Shown: positions 55,713 to 64,000 of the stretch, piece after piece
How the letters are laid out: every line of letters starts with the position of its first letter
Position numbering within the stretch: position 1 is the stretch's first letter
Translations under genes and position numbers: made by a program
The notes under the pieces: model-generated
Told to the model about the DNA's origin: nothing
Seen by the model: the letters and a program-made list of their open reading frames with translations, nothing else
Database searches by the model: none
NCBI GenBank assembly: GCA_050945835.1
Contig: JBMNTR010000005.1
Location: forward strand, 10,196-74,195
DNA from: Christensenellales bacterium
GTDB taxonomy: Bacteria > Bacillota > Clostridia > Christensenellales > JBMNTQ01
Reading direction: 5' to 3'
DNA length: 64,000 nt

Positions 55713-55967
55713 TTAAGAAATACCCAGCTTACCCAGCACCACGTTTTTAAAAAAGTCGTCGGCGGATTCGGGCATTATGCTGTATTTTTCACCTATGAAG
55801 GACACGCATATGCCGGAGTTCGCGCACTCCTTCATGCAAAAATGAGCCTTCATGTCCAGTTTGTCGTGCAGATCATTCTCCTCGATCAGCTGCAAAAACG
55901 TTTGGATCACATTGTAGGAGCCCTTGATATGGCAGGAACTGCCTATGCATACTTCCAATTCAGTCAT
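55713..55967 (-). CDS. Small thioredoxin-like [2Fe-2S] ferredoxin (hydrogenase-associated)
   Basis: VCIGSSCHIKG...FCMKEC; start overlaps the hydA stop (TAATG). Confidence 0.8.
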   Translation of the reverse strand: MTELEVCIGSSCHIKGSYNVIQTFLQLIEENDLHDKLDMKAHFCMKECANSGICVSFIGEKYSIMPESADDFFKNVVLGKLGIS

Positions 55968-57673
55968 TATACGTGTTCCTCCTTGCCGGATTGATCATAT
56001 TCCACATGCAGAAGTTCATGAACCTTCCCTTTGAGCAGCCCGCTATACAGCGACATCACCAGCGGGTTTTCCTCGCTCCTTCTTATGCTGCACAGCTTAT
56101 CCACGGCATAAAGCCCTTTTGCGCGCGCCTGTTTGCCAGATGCTTTCACATAGGGCTGCCCGGCGCCGTTGATGCATCCGTTGGGGCAGGCCATCACTTC
56201 CACAAAATCATAATGCGCGCCCTGCTGTATGCGCTCGATCAACCTGCTCGCATTCCCCAGACCGCTCACGATGGCGATCTTCGCCTCGCCGCCGTCATAA
56301 GGAACGCACATCTCCTTCGTGCCCTCGAGCCCGCGCACGCCCTTAAGGGAGATGGCCATCAGTGTGGTCGGGTCCTTTTGTGACGCCAGCCTGCGCAACA
56401 CCGCCTCCGTCACACCGCCGGTGGCGCCGAATATCACACCCGCGCCTGTGATGGTGCCAAAGGGCATGTCGATGGCCTCCGGCTCAAGATCGGTGAATTG
56501 AATGCCCGCTTCGCGTATCATGCGTATGAGCTCCTGGGTGGTGAGCACAAAATCGACCATGGGGATGCCGTCCTTTTGAAATTCGCTGCGCGCGGCCTCG
56601 AATTTCTTGGCTGTGCAGGGCATCACGGCCACATGCACATGCTTGCGGCTGGAGGGCGCGTATTGCTCCTTGACGGTAGCGGCCAGCATCTGCATGGGGG
56701 AGCGGCAGGTGGAGACATTCTTTAAAAGTTCGGGATGGTTTTTCTCGCAATAATGCACCCACGCCGGGCAGCAGGAGGTGAACAGCGGCAGATCTTTTCC
56801 TTCCTTAAGGCGCTGTATGAGCTCCTTACTTTCCTCAAGCACCGTCAGATCCGCGCCGGTGGACGTGTCGAATACCTCGTCAAACCCCAGCCGGCGCAAT
56901 GCGGCCACGATCTTGCCCATGGCGTTTTCGCCTTCGTCGAAGCCCAGCTCCTTGCCCATGGCCACCCGCACCGCCGGCGCGATCTGCACGGTGACCTTTA
57001 CATTTTCGTCATCGATCTGCGCTAGAACCTTTTCGCTGTCGTCTTGTACCACGATGGCGCCGGTGGGGCAGACCACGGCGCACTGCCCGCAGCCCACGCA
57101 GTTGGATTCGGCCAAGGGGATATCGAAAGCCGTGCTGATGCGCATGTTGGAGCCGCGGTGCGCAAAATCGATTGCGCCCACATTTTGCACTTCGTCGCAC
57201 ATACGCACGCAGTCGCCGCAGAGTATGCATTTGCTGTGGTCGCGCACGATGCAGATGGAGGAATCGTCCACCTCGGGCACAGGCGCGGTGTTGGGAAAAC
57301 GCACGCCGGTGATGTTGAAGCGCTCGGCCAGATCCTGCAGCTTGCATTTGCCGTTGTTGCTGCAGGTGGTGCAGTCGCGGCAGTGGTTGGACAACAGGAG
57401 TTCCAATATCATCTTGCGGTATTTTCTCAGCCGCTGCGTGTTCGTTTTGACGGCGGCGCCGGCCTTGGGCGGCGTGGAGCAGGCGGCGTCCAGCCCGCCC
57501 CATTCGTTTTCCACCATACACATCCTGCACGCGCCATAGATGGACAATTCGGAATGGTAGCAGAATGTGGGCAGCTTGATACCGGCTTTTCTAACCAGCT
57601 GCAGCATGTTCTTCTCATCCTCGATCTCCACGGGAATGCCGTCTATGATCATATAGTTGTCTGTATTCAGCAT
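55967..57673 (-). CDS. hydA: [FeFe]-hydrogenase catalytic subunit (group A, HydA/HndD)
   Basis: N-terminal 2Fe-2S and 4Fe-4S clusters; H-cluster motifs FTSCCPAW, MPCTAKKFE, EVMACPNGCINGAGQP. Confidence 0.95.
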   Translation of the reverse strand: MLNTDNYMIIDGIPVEIEDEKNMLQLVRKAGIKLPTFCYHSELSIYGACRMCMVENEWGGLDAACSTPPKAGAAVKTNTQRLRKYRKMILELLLSNHCRDCTTCSNNGKCKLQDLAERFNITGVRFPNTAPVPEVDDSSICIVRDHSKCILCGDCVRMCDEVQNVGAIDFAHRGSNMRISTAFDIPLAESNCVGCGQCAVVCPTGAIVVQDDSEKVLAQIDDENVKVTVQIAPAVRVAMGKELGFDEGENAMGKIVAALRRLGFDEVFDTSTGADLTVLEESKELIQRLKEGKDLPLFTSCCPAWVHYCEKNHPELLKNVSTCRSPMQMLAATVKEQYAPSSRKHVHVAVMPCTAKKFEAARSEFQKDGIPMVDFVLTTQELIRMIREAGIQFTDLEPEAIDMPFGTITGAGVIFGATGGVTEAVLRRLASQKDPTTLMAISLKGVRGLEGTKEMCVPYDGGEAKIAIVSGLGNASRLIERIQQGAHYDFVEVMACPNGCINGAGQPYVKASGKQARAKGLYAVDKLCSIRRSEENPLVMSLYSGLLKGKVHELLHVEYDQSGKEEHV

Positions 57674-57677
57674 CTAT

Positions 57678-59552
57678 CTACACCTCCTCGATCGCTTTAA
57701 ACGGGCAAGCGCCCACGCACGCGCCGCATTTGATGCATTTGTTCTGTAAAATGGTAAACGGCTTTTTGATCTCGCCTGTGATGGCGTCCACCGGGCAGGC
57801 GCGCACGCACTTGGAGCAGCCTTTGCACAGCGCGGGATCGATGCGTATGCTTTTAAGCTGCTGGCATTCGCCCGCGGGGCAGCGCTTTTCATAGATATGC
57901 GCCTCGTATTCTGCGCGAAAGCTCTTGATGGTGCTCATCACGGGGAAGGCCGCCGTCTTGCCCAGCCCGCACAGCGCCGTGGAGGAGATGGTGTCGGATA
58001 ATTCCAGCAAAAGCTCGATGTCGCCCTGTTGGCCCTCGCCCTCTACGATGCGGTCGAGTATTTGCAGCATACGCTTCGTGCCTTCGCGGCAGGGGACACA
58101 TTTTCCGCAGGATTCGTTCTGCGTAAAATTCATGAAGAACCGTGCGACTTCCACCATGCAGGTATGGTCGTCCATCACCACCAGCCCGCCCGAGCCGATC
58201 ATGGCGCCCGCCTTCTTGAGCGAATCGAAGTCCAGCGGCAGATCGAGGTGTTCCTGCGTGAGGCATCCGCCGGAAGGCCCGCCGATCTGCACCGCCTTGA
58301 GCTCGCCGCCGCCGCGCAGGCCGCCGCCTATGCCGAATATGATCTCGCGCAGCGTGGTGCCCATAGGCACTTCGATCAGGCCTGTGTTTTCGATGCTGCC
58401 TGTCAGCGCAAACGCCTTGGTGCCGGGGCTCTTCTCAGGGCCCATGCTCTTATACCACGCGGCGCCTTTTTGCACGATATCGGGTATGTTGGCAAAGGTT
58501 TCAACATTGTTGAGCACCGTGGGCATACCGAACAGCCCCTGCTCCACCGTGCGCGGGGGCTTGACGCGGGGCATGCCGCGCTTGCCCTCGATGGACGCTG
58601 TGAGCGCGCTGCCCTCGCCGCATACGAACGCGCCCGCGCCGCGGTTGATATGGATATCGAAGCAAAAGCCAGTGCCCAGTATGTTTTTGCCGAGCAGCCC
58701 GTATTGCTTCGCCTGCTCGATGGCGCGATGCAAGCGCTTCACCGCCGTAGGGTATTCGGCGCGCACGTAGATATAGCCCGTCTGCGCTTCACAGGCCAAG
58801 CTTGCGATCATCATGCCCTCCAGCATCCTGTGCGGGTCGCCCTCCATGATGCTCCTGTCCATAAACGCGCCGGGGTCGCCCTCGTCGCCGTTGCACACCA
58901 CATACTTCTCGGGCGTGCTCTGCCGCTTCACCTGCTGCCATTTACGCCCCACCGGGAAACCGCCGCCGCCGCGTCCGCGCAGGGCCGAATCGGTGATCTC
59001 TTGTATGATCTCGTCGGGTGTGTGCTCAAACAGCGCCTTTTCAAGCGCTCCGTACCCTCCGATGGCGAAATATTCCTCTATGGAGGTTGCGTCTATATGC
59101 CCGCAGTGGGACAATACGCTGCGCGTCTGTCTCTTATAGAAGGGTATGTCGTCCTGCTCGATATAGATTTTGCCGTTTTGCCTGTAAGCCAGGCGCTCGA
59201 TGTGCGCGCCGCCAAGCAGCGTACGCTGCACGATCTCCTCGCAGTCCTGCAATTGCACCTTGGTATATAAATAGCCCTGCGGCTCGATTCTGATCAAGGG
59301 CCCCATCTCGCAAAAGCCGTGGCAGCCGCTCTTTTTCAGGCCGATGCCCGCTGTGTGCGGCTCTTTTTGCAGCGCGATCTCACAAACGGCGCCGCTCTTT
59401 TCTATCAGGGCTTTAAGCCGGTCGAATATCTCTAAAGCACCGCTGGATATGCAGCCTGTGCCTGCGCACACGAGCACCTTCTGCCGTTGGGCGTTGAGCG
59501 CGTGTGCATAGCTGTGTCTGATTTGCTGCAAGGATTCTCTGTCTTTAAGCAT
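57678..59552 (-). CDS. hydB: [FeFe]-hydrogenase diaphorase subunit (HydB, NuoF-like)
   Basis: GRGGGGFP, DEGDPGAFMDR, GGPSGGC, ESCGKCVPCREG, C-terminal 2x[4Fe-4S]. Confidence 0.93.
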   Translation of the reverse strand: MLKDRESLQQIRHSYAHALNAQRQKVLVCAGTGCISSGALEIFDRLKALIEKSGAVCEIALQKEPHTAGIGLKKSGCHGFCEMGPLIRIEPQGYLYTKVQLQDCEEIVQRTLLGGAHIERLAYRQNGKIYIEQDDIPFYKRQTRSVLSHCGHIDATSIEEYFAIGGYGALEKALFEHTPDEIIQEITDSALRGRGGGGFPVGRKWQQVKRQSTPEKYVVCNGDEGDPGAFMDRSIMEGDPHRMLEGMMIASLACEAQTGYIYVRAEYPTAVKRLHRAIEQAKQYGLLGKNILGTGFCFDIHINRGAGAFVCGEGSALTASIEGKRGMPRVKPPRTVEQGLFGMPTVLNNVETFANIPDIVQKGAAWYKSMGPEKSPGTKAFALTGSIENTGLIEVPMGTTLREIIFGIGGGLRGGGELKAVQIGGPSGGCLTQEHLDLPLDFDSLKKAGAMIGSGGLVVMDDHTCMVEVARFFMNFTQNESCGKCVPCREGTKRMLQILDRIVEGEGQQGDIELLLELSDTISSTALCGLGKTAAFPVMSTIKSFRAEYEAHIYEKRCPAGECQQLKSIRIDPALCKGCSKCVRACPVDAITGEIKKPFTILQNKCIKCGACVGACPFKAIEEV

Positions 59553-60030
59553 CCTTCGATTCCTCCTTCAGTTGCCGGAGCAGCTCGGAAGCCTTGTCCG
59601 GCGTCATGGCGGGGTAGACCTTATCGTTCACCGTGATGACGGGCGCAAGCCCGCACGCACCCAAGCAGGAGACCGTCTCCACCGTGAACAGAAGATCGCC
59701 GGTGGTGGGTTTTTCATCGGAAAGCCCTAATTCCTGGCGCAGCCGCGTGAGTATGGGGATCGATTTGCGCACATGGCAGGCTGTGCCGTCGCAGATCTTG
59801 ATCACATACTTGCCCTTGGGCAGCAGCGAAAAATTCTCATAGAATGTGGCCACGCTGTATATCTTCGCTTCGCTCACCTTTAAACGCTTGGCAAGGTAGG
59901 GAAATACTTCCCGCGGGATATACCTGTAATGCTCCTGAATGTTCTGCAATATGGCGATGACGGAATGTTTACCGGCTTCGTTCTGCTGCAAGATGCCGTC
60001 TATAACGCCGTATTCAAAATTTTGATCCAT
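59545..60030 (-). CDS. hydC: [FeFe]-hydrogenase 2Fe-2S subunit (HydC, NuoE-like)
   Basis: VATFY, CDGTACH, CLGACGLAP. Confidence 0.93.
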   Translation of the reverse strand: MDQNFEYGVIDGILQQNEAGKHSVIAILQNIQEHYRYIPREVFPYLAKRLKVSEAKIYSVATFYENFSLLPKGKYVIKICDGTACHVRKSIPILTRLRQELGLSDEKPTTGDLLFTVETVSCLGACGLAPVITVNDKVYPAMTPDKASELLRQLKEESKDA

Positions 60031-60065
60031 GCTTTTTCCCCCTTGTTGTCGCTGCTTATGCTTTT

Positions 60066-60083
60066 ATGATATTATTTTAACAA
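60066..60083 (-). promoter_or_regulatory. Rex operator overlapping the hyd -10
   Basis: Minus strand TTGTTAAAATAATATCAT vs clostridial Rex box TTGTTAA-N4-TTAACAA. Confidence 0.7.
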
Positions 60084-60113
60084 TGAAATTTATCGTCTGG
60101 GAAATATAAAAAA

Positions 60114-60143
60114 GGCATATCGATATAGCGGTATCGATATGCC
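60114..60143. promoter_or_regulatory. Palindromic operator in the hyd/rex divergent region
   Basis: GGCATATCGATA-TAGCGG-TATCGATATGCC, perfect 12-bp inverted repeat. Confidence 0.7.
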
Positions 60144-60226
60144 AGTAGCGATTTAGCTTGACGTCATGCGGATAAATCGGTATAATTATATCGATAACAA
60201 AATATTAATTAGGGGATGCGCAGCTT

Positions 60227-60904
60227 ATGGACAGCCGTCATTTTATCGAAATTTCCAACCAAACGCTCAAAAGACTCCCGGAATACCACCGCTTTTTGCA
60301 AAAAACGCTGAAGGAAGGCAAAGAGCATGTTTCCTCGCCTGTGATCGCCCAGGCGCTCGGTTTTTCCGACATACAAGTTCGAAAGGATCTCGCCGCCGTG
60401 AGCGACAGCCCGGGGCGCCCGCGCATAGGCTTTAATGTGCAGGCGCTCATCTTTTCCATCGCGAAGTACTTAGGGTATGACACGGTGGACGAAGCGGTGC
60501 TGGTGGGGGTGGGGCGCTTAGGTTCGGCGCTGCTGTGTTACCGGGGGTTTTTGGAGATCGGCATGAAGATCACGGCAGGGTTTGACTGTGACCCCGACAA
60601 GACAGGGCTGGTGATCGATGGAAAACGCGTCTATCCCATGGATGCGTTTGACAGGCTGGTGAAAAGACTGGGCGTGCGCATAGGCATCATCGCCGTGCCT
60701 GTGCAGCAGGCGCAGGAAGTTTGCCGGAAAATGGCGAACAGCGGGATTGAGGCGATTTGGAATTTTGCGCCTGTGCACCTTGAGGTTCCGAAAAACATCA
60801 TACTCAAAAACGAAAACCTCGCTTCTTCCTTTGCTTCGCTGTCCATACAGCTCAAAGGAAGGCGCGGCGTGGCTAAAAAGGATAAGGACGAGAGCACGAC
60901 ATGA
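60227..60904 (+). CDS. rex: Redox-sensing repressor Rex
   Basis: KRLPEY, QVRKDL, GVGRLG, GFD, IWNFAP. Confidence 0.92.
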   Translation: MDSRHFIEISNQTLKRLPEYHRFLQKTLKEGKEHVSSPVIAQALGFSDIQVRKDLAAVSDSPGRPRIGFNVQALIFSIAKYLGYDTVDEAVLVGVGRLGSALLCYRGFLEIGMKITAGFDCDPDKTGLVIDGKRVYPMDAFDRLVKRLGVRIGIIAVPVQQAQEVCRKMANSGIEAIWNFAPVHLEVPKNIILKNENLASSFASLSIQLKGRRGVAKKDKDESTT

Positions 60905-61824
60905 ACATACTACACCTAAGATATGCAGTTGAAGTGGAAAAAACCGGCTCCATCTCACAGGCGGCTGAAAATCTCTATATGGCGCAGCCCAACTTGAGCA
61001 AGGCCATCAAGGAGCTGGAAAACAGCCTGGGCATCACCATATTCAGGCGCACCTCCAAGGGCGTGGTGCCCACGAGAAACGGCACCGATCTGCTGGACTA
61101 TGCGAAGAATATACTCGAGCAGATCGACGAAATGGAGTCGCGCTACAAGAACAAGGATAAGGGCAAGCAGAGCTTTGGCATTTCTGTGCCCAGAAGCAGC
61201 TATATCACCAACGCGTTCACCTCTTTTATCGAGAAGCTAGACCGCAGCAAGGAGATCGGGATCGATTTCAGCGAGACCAACTCCATGCAGGCGGTGCATA
61301 ACGTGACGGAAAGAGGGCATAACCTGGCCATCATACGCTATCAGAAGATCTATGAGCCGTATTTTTTGAAGTTTTTACGGGATCGTGGGTTTGTTCGTGA
61401 GGACATCTGGGAGGTGGAATACAGCGTACTCCTCTCCCAAGAGCACACGGCCGCAAAGAAAAACCCGCTCTACTACGCCGATCTGAAGGACGGCATAGAG
61501 ATTGCACACGGAGATTTGACGGTACCCAACATCTCGCATGTAGACAGGCAAAAAGCGGAAGAGAGCCCCGCCAGAAAACGCATCATCGTGTATGAAAGGG
61601 GCAGCCAGCTCGATCTGTTGACGCGCATACCCGACACCTACATGTGGGCCACACCCATGCCGGAGGATATATTGCAGCGCGGCGGTCTGCTGCTGAAAAA
61701 ATGCGAGGATGTGGCGAATGTGTGCAAAGATGTGCTCGTCTATCCTAAAAAATATAAGCTGGGGGAGCTGGATCGGGCATTTTTGCATGAGATATACCAT
61801 ATCAAAGAGAAGCTCTCTCTATAG
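60901..61824 (+). CDS. LysR-family transcriptional regulator
   Basis: GSISQAAENLYMAQPNLSKAIKELE..LG..IF.R; ATGA overlap with rex. Confidence 0.92.
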   Translation: MNILHLRYAVEVEKTGSISQAAENLYMAQPNLSKAIKELENSLGITIFRRTSKGVVPTRNGTDLLDYAKNILEQIDEMESRYKNKDKGKQSFGISVPRSSYITNAFTSFIEKLDRSKEIGIDFSETNSMQAVHNVTERGHNLAIIRYQKIYEPYFLKFLRDRGFVREDIWEVEYSVLLSQEHTAAKKNPLYYADLKDGIEIAHGDLTVPNISHVDRQKAEESPARKRIIVYERGSQLDLLTRIPDTYMWATPMPEDILQRGGLLLKKCEDVANVCKDVLVYPKKYKLGELDRAFLHEIYHIKEKLSL

Positions 61825-61978
61825 GGGAGCAAAGAATAAAGCAGCAGAAAAGCTCTGTGCAAAGCCCTTGTGTTGAAAAAGGTGCGCAGAGCTTTTTTTA
61901 AGCTTTTGGCGTGCTTTTTATTCTTGTGGGGCAACATATGGAAAGAAGCTATTGGCCTCTTGTGTAATCGATAACGAC

Positions 61979-62052
61979 ATATCGATAACTATATACCGAT
62001 ATTCCTTTTTGATATTTCACAAGCGGCCGAAAGGTTGTTAAAATTTTATCAT
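61979..62052 (+). promoter_or_regulatory. adh promoter: palindromic operator, -35/-10 and Rex box
   Basis: ATATCGATA-ACTATA-TACCGATAT (61979-62002), TTCACA-N17-TAAAAT, Rex-like TTGTTAAAATTTTATCAT (62035-62052). Confidence 0.7.
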
Positions 62053-62077
62053 AAGCAGTAAAACAGGAGATGAAAAC

Positions 62078-63259
62078 ATGAAAAGATTTACATTACCAAG
62101 AGATTTGTATTACGGAGAAGACGCGCTCAAAGCCTTAAGCGGCCTGAAGGGGAAAAAGGCCATGGTGGTGGTGGGCGGCGGCTCCATGAAACGGCTGGGT
62201 TTTTTGGATAAGACCATGGATTATCTGAAAGAAGCCGGCATGGAGGTCGCGCTGTTTGAAAATGTCGAGCCGGACCCGTCGGTGGAAACGGTGATGCGCG
62301 GCGCGGAAGCCATGCGCGCGTTCGAACCCGACTGGATCGTCTCCATAGGGGGCGGCTCGCCTATTGACGCAGCCAAGGCTATGTGGGTGTTCTATGAATA
62401 TCCAAACACCTCCTTTGAAGACCTTCTCACGCCTTTCAGCTTCCCCGAACTGCGGCAAAAGGCGCGGTTTGCGGCCATTCCTTCCACATCGGGCACCGCC
62501 ACGGAGGTCACGGCGTTTTCCGTGATCACAGACTACGAAAAGGGCATCAAATACCCGCTGGCCGATTACAACATCACACCGGACATCGCCATTGTGGACC
62601 CGTCGCTGGCGGAGACGATGCCGCCCGAGCTGACGGCGCACACCGGCATGGACGCGCTCACGCACGCCATCGAAGCGTATGTGTCCTCGGCGCATTCGCC
62701 CTTTACTGACCCGCTGGCGCTGCAGGCGATCAAGATGGTGTTTGAATACCTTCCTGCCTCCTACGAAGGGGATAAAAAGGCGCGGGAGCAGATGCACTAC
62801 GCGCAATGCATGGCGGGCATGGCGTTTTCCAACGCGCTGCTGGGCATCACGCACTCCATGGCGCACAAAACGGGCGCCGCGTTTTCAACGGGCCATGTCC
62901 CCCACGGCTGTGCAAACGCCATCTACCTGCCTTATGTGATCCGCTTTAACGCACAGGCGGCGCAGAGCCGCTACGCGGACATCGCGCAGGCGGTGGGCAT
63001 CGAGGGGAGCGACAGCAAGGAGCAGGTAGAGAAACTGTGCCAGAAGATCGAGCACTACAACAGGCGGCTCTCGATCCCCAAAACGTTAAAAGAATTTGGA
63101 ATCGAGGAAGCCGAGTTTAAATCCAAGGTGAAAAAAATCGCTGAGGAAGCGGCTTTAGACGCCTGCACCTTCTCCAACCCCCGCCCCATTACGGCTGTGC
63201 AGATGGAAGCGCTGCTTTGCTGTGCTTATGAAGGCGGCGATGCGGGCGGCATCGTGTAA
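62078..63259 (+). CDS. Iron-containing alcohol dehydrogenase (NADPH-dependent butanol dehydrogenase-like)
   Basis: VEPDPS, GGGSPIDAAK, PSTSGTATEVT, GMDALTHAIE, HSMAH, PHG. Confidence 0.93.
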   Translation: MKRFTLPRDLYYGEDALKALSGLKGKKAMVVVGGGSMKRLGFLDKTMDYLKEAGMEVALFENVEPDPSVETVMRGAEAMRAFEPDWIVSIGGGSPIDAAKAMWVFYEYPNTSFEDLLTPFSFPELRQKARFAAIPSTSGTATEVTAFSVITDYEKGIKYPLADYNITPDIAIVDPSLAETMPPELTAHTGMDALTHAIEAYVSSAHSPFTDPLALQAIKMVFEYLPASYEGDKKAREQMHYAQCMAGMAFSNALLGITHSMAHKTGAAFSTGHVPHGCANAIYLPYVIRFNAQAAQSRYADIAQAVGIEGSDSKEQVEKLCQKIEHYNRRLSIPKTLKEFGIEEAEFKSKVKKIAEEAALDACTFSNPRPITAVQMEALLCCAYEGGDAGGIV

Positions 63260-63354
63260 AAAAGGGGCGTGTGCAAAACCCGCGGCGCAGCCCCTGCAAC
63301 AGCGCATTGCCCTGTTTGCGGCCGGTGCCGTATTGTTTATCGAAGGAGGCGGTG

Positions 63355-64000
63355 ATGGGAAAAGTAGTTTCCAGGCAGACTTTAAAACGGCTGCCGCTCT
63401 ATGTAAAATATCTATGCGCCCTGCCGCAGGAAACCTATCATATTTCCGCGACCGCCATCGCGCAGGATCTCGGGCTCAACGATGTGCAGGTGCGAAAGGA
63501 CTTAGCCTCCATCAGCTCCGGCGGAAAGCCGAAGGTGGGGTATGTCACCCAGCAGCTCATACAGGAGATACAGAGTTTTTTAGGCTATGGCAACGACGAC
63601 AAGGCGGTGATCGTGGGCAGCGGAAGCGAAGTGGGGCTGATGTTTCTCTTTCCTTGCAGCTTTGAGGAGATCGGGCTGGAGATCGCGGCTTTTTTCCTGC
63701 CGGATGATGCGGACAAAACCGGCATGGCCGAACACAAGGCGCTGCCCATGCACAAGCTGCCCTCGCTGTGCAGGCGCATGGAGGTGCGCATAGGCATATT
63801 GGCCACCGGGCCTGAAAATGCGCAGCAAATATGCGATATCATGGTGCAAAGCGGCATACAGGCGATCTGGAACTTTGCGCCCGTCATACTGAACACACCC
63901 GCGCATGTGCTGGTGTTGAATGAAAATATGGAAGCATCTTTGGCAATTTTATCCGGGCATGTCAAGCAATTGCGCGAACGTGCGGATGAGATCGCAATGG
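63355..64000 (+). CDS. Second Rex-like regulator (runs off window end)
   Basis: Not in the ORF track. Hand translation from ATG 63355 (AAGGAGG upstream): MGKVVSRQTLKRLPLY...DVQVRKDLASI..GKPKVGY...AIWNFAP...; open to 64000. Confidence 0.88.
   Translation, partial: MGKVVSRQTLKRLPLYVKYLCALPQETYHISATAIAQDLGLNDVQVRKDLASISSGGKPKVGYVTQQLIQEIQSFLGYGNDDKAVIVGSGSEVGLMFLFPCSFEEIGLEIAAFFLPDDADKTGMAEHKALPMHKLPSLCRRMEVRIGILATGPENAQQICDIMVQSGIQAIWNFAPVILNTPAHVLVLNENMEASLAILSGHVKQLRERADEIAM

Overview
A 64-kb chromosomal, mostly housekeeping region of a probably motile, anaerobic Clostridia-class bacterium (inferred from gene content) that spans the replication-origin region. In order it carries: a partial FliK-like gene, cheC-cheD-cheY-cheA, an HD-GYP protein, an orphan OmpR/PhoP regulator, argC-J-B-D-F-carA-carB, scattered sugar/polyol catabolic genes, comFB, ogt, an M23 peptidase, uppP, mrp, dnaA, alaS, parS-parA-parB, pgk-tpiA-gpmI, dnaN, secG-rnr-smpB, a HydABC-type [FeFe]-hydrogenase operon, rex-lysR, an Fe-alcohol dehydrogenase and a second rex. 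I saw no prophage, transposase, rRNA, tRNA or CRISPR array. Most notable: (1) CarB is fused to a DapF-like domain whose first catalytic Cys is Ala, and CarA has Tyr in place of its catalytic His. (2) The origin is split: dnaA and dnaN are ~15 kb apart and divergent, each has its own DnaA-box cluster, and the DnaA-trio unwinding motif lies at dnaN. (3) There are two related intergenic 74/75-bp tandem arrays with internal hairpins. (4) The hydrogenase operon and the adh gene share a near-identical composite promoter (new palindromic operator, T-N11-A site, Rex box). All calls come from reading the sequence and recalling family motifs; no searches were run.
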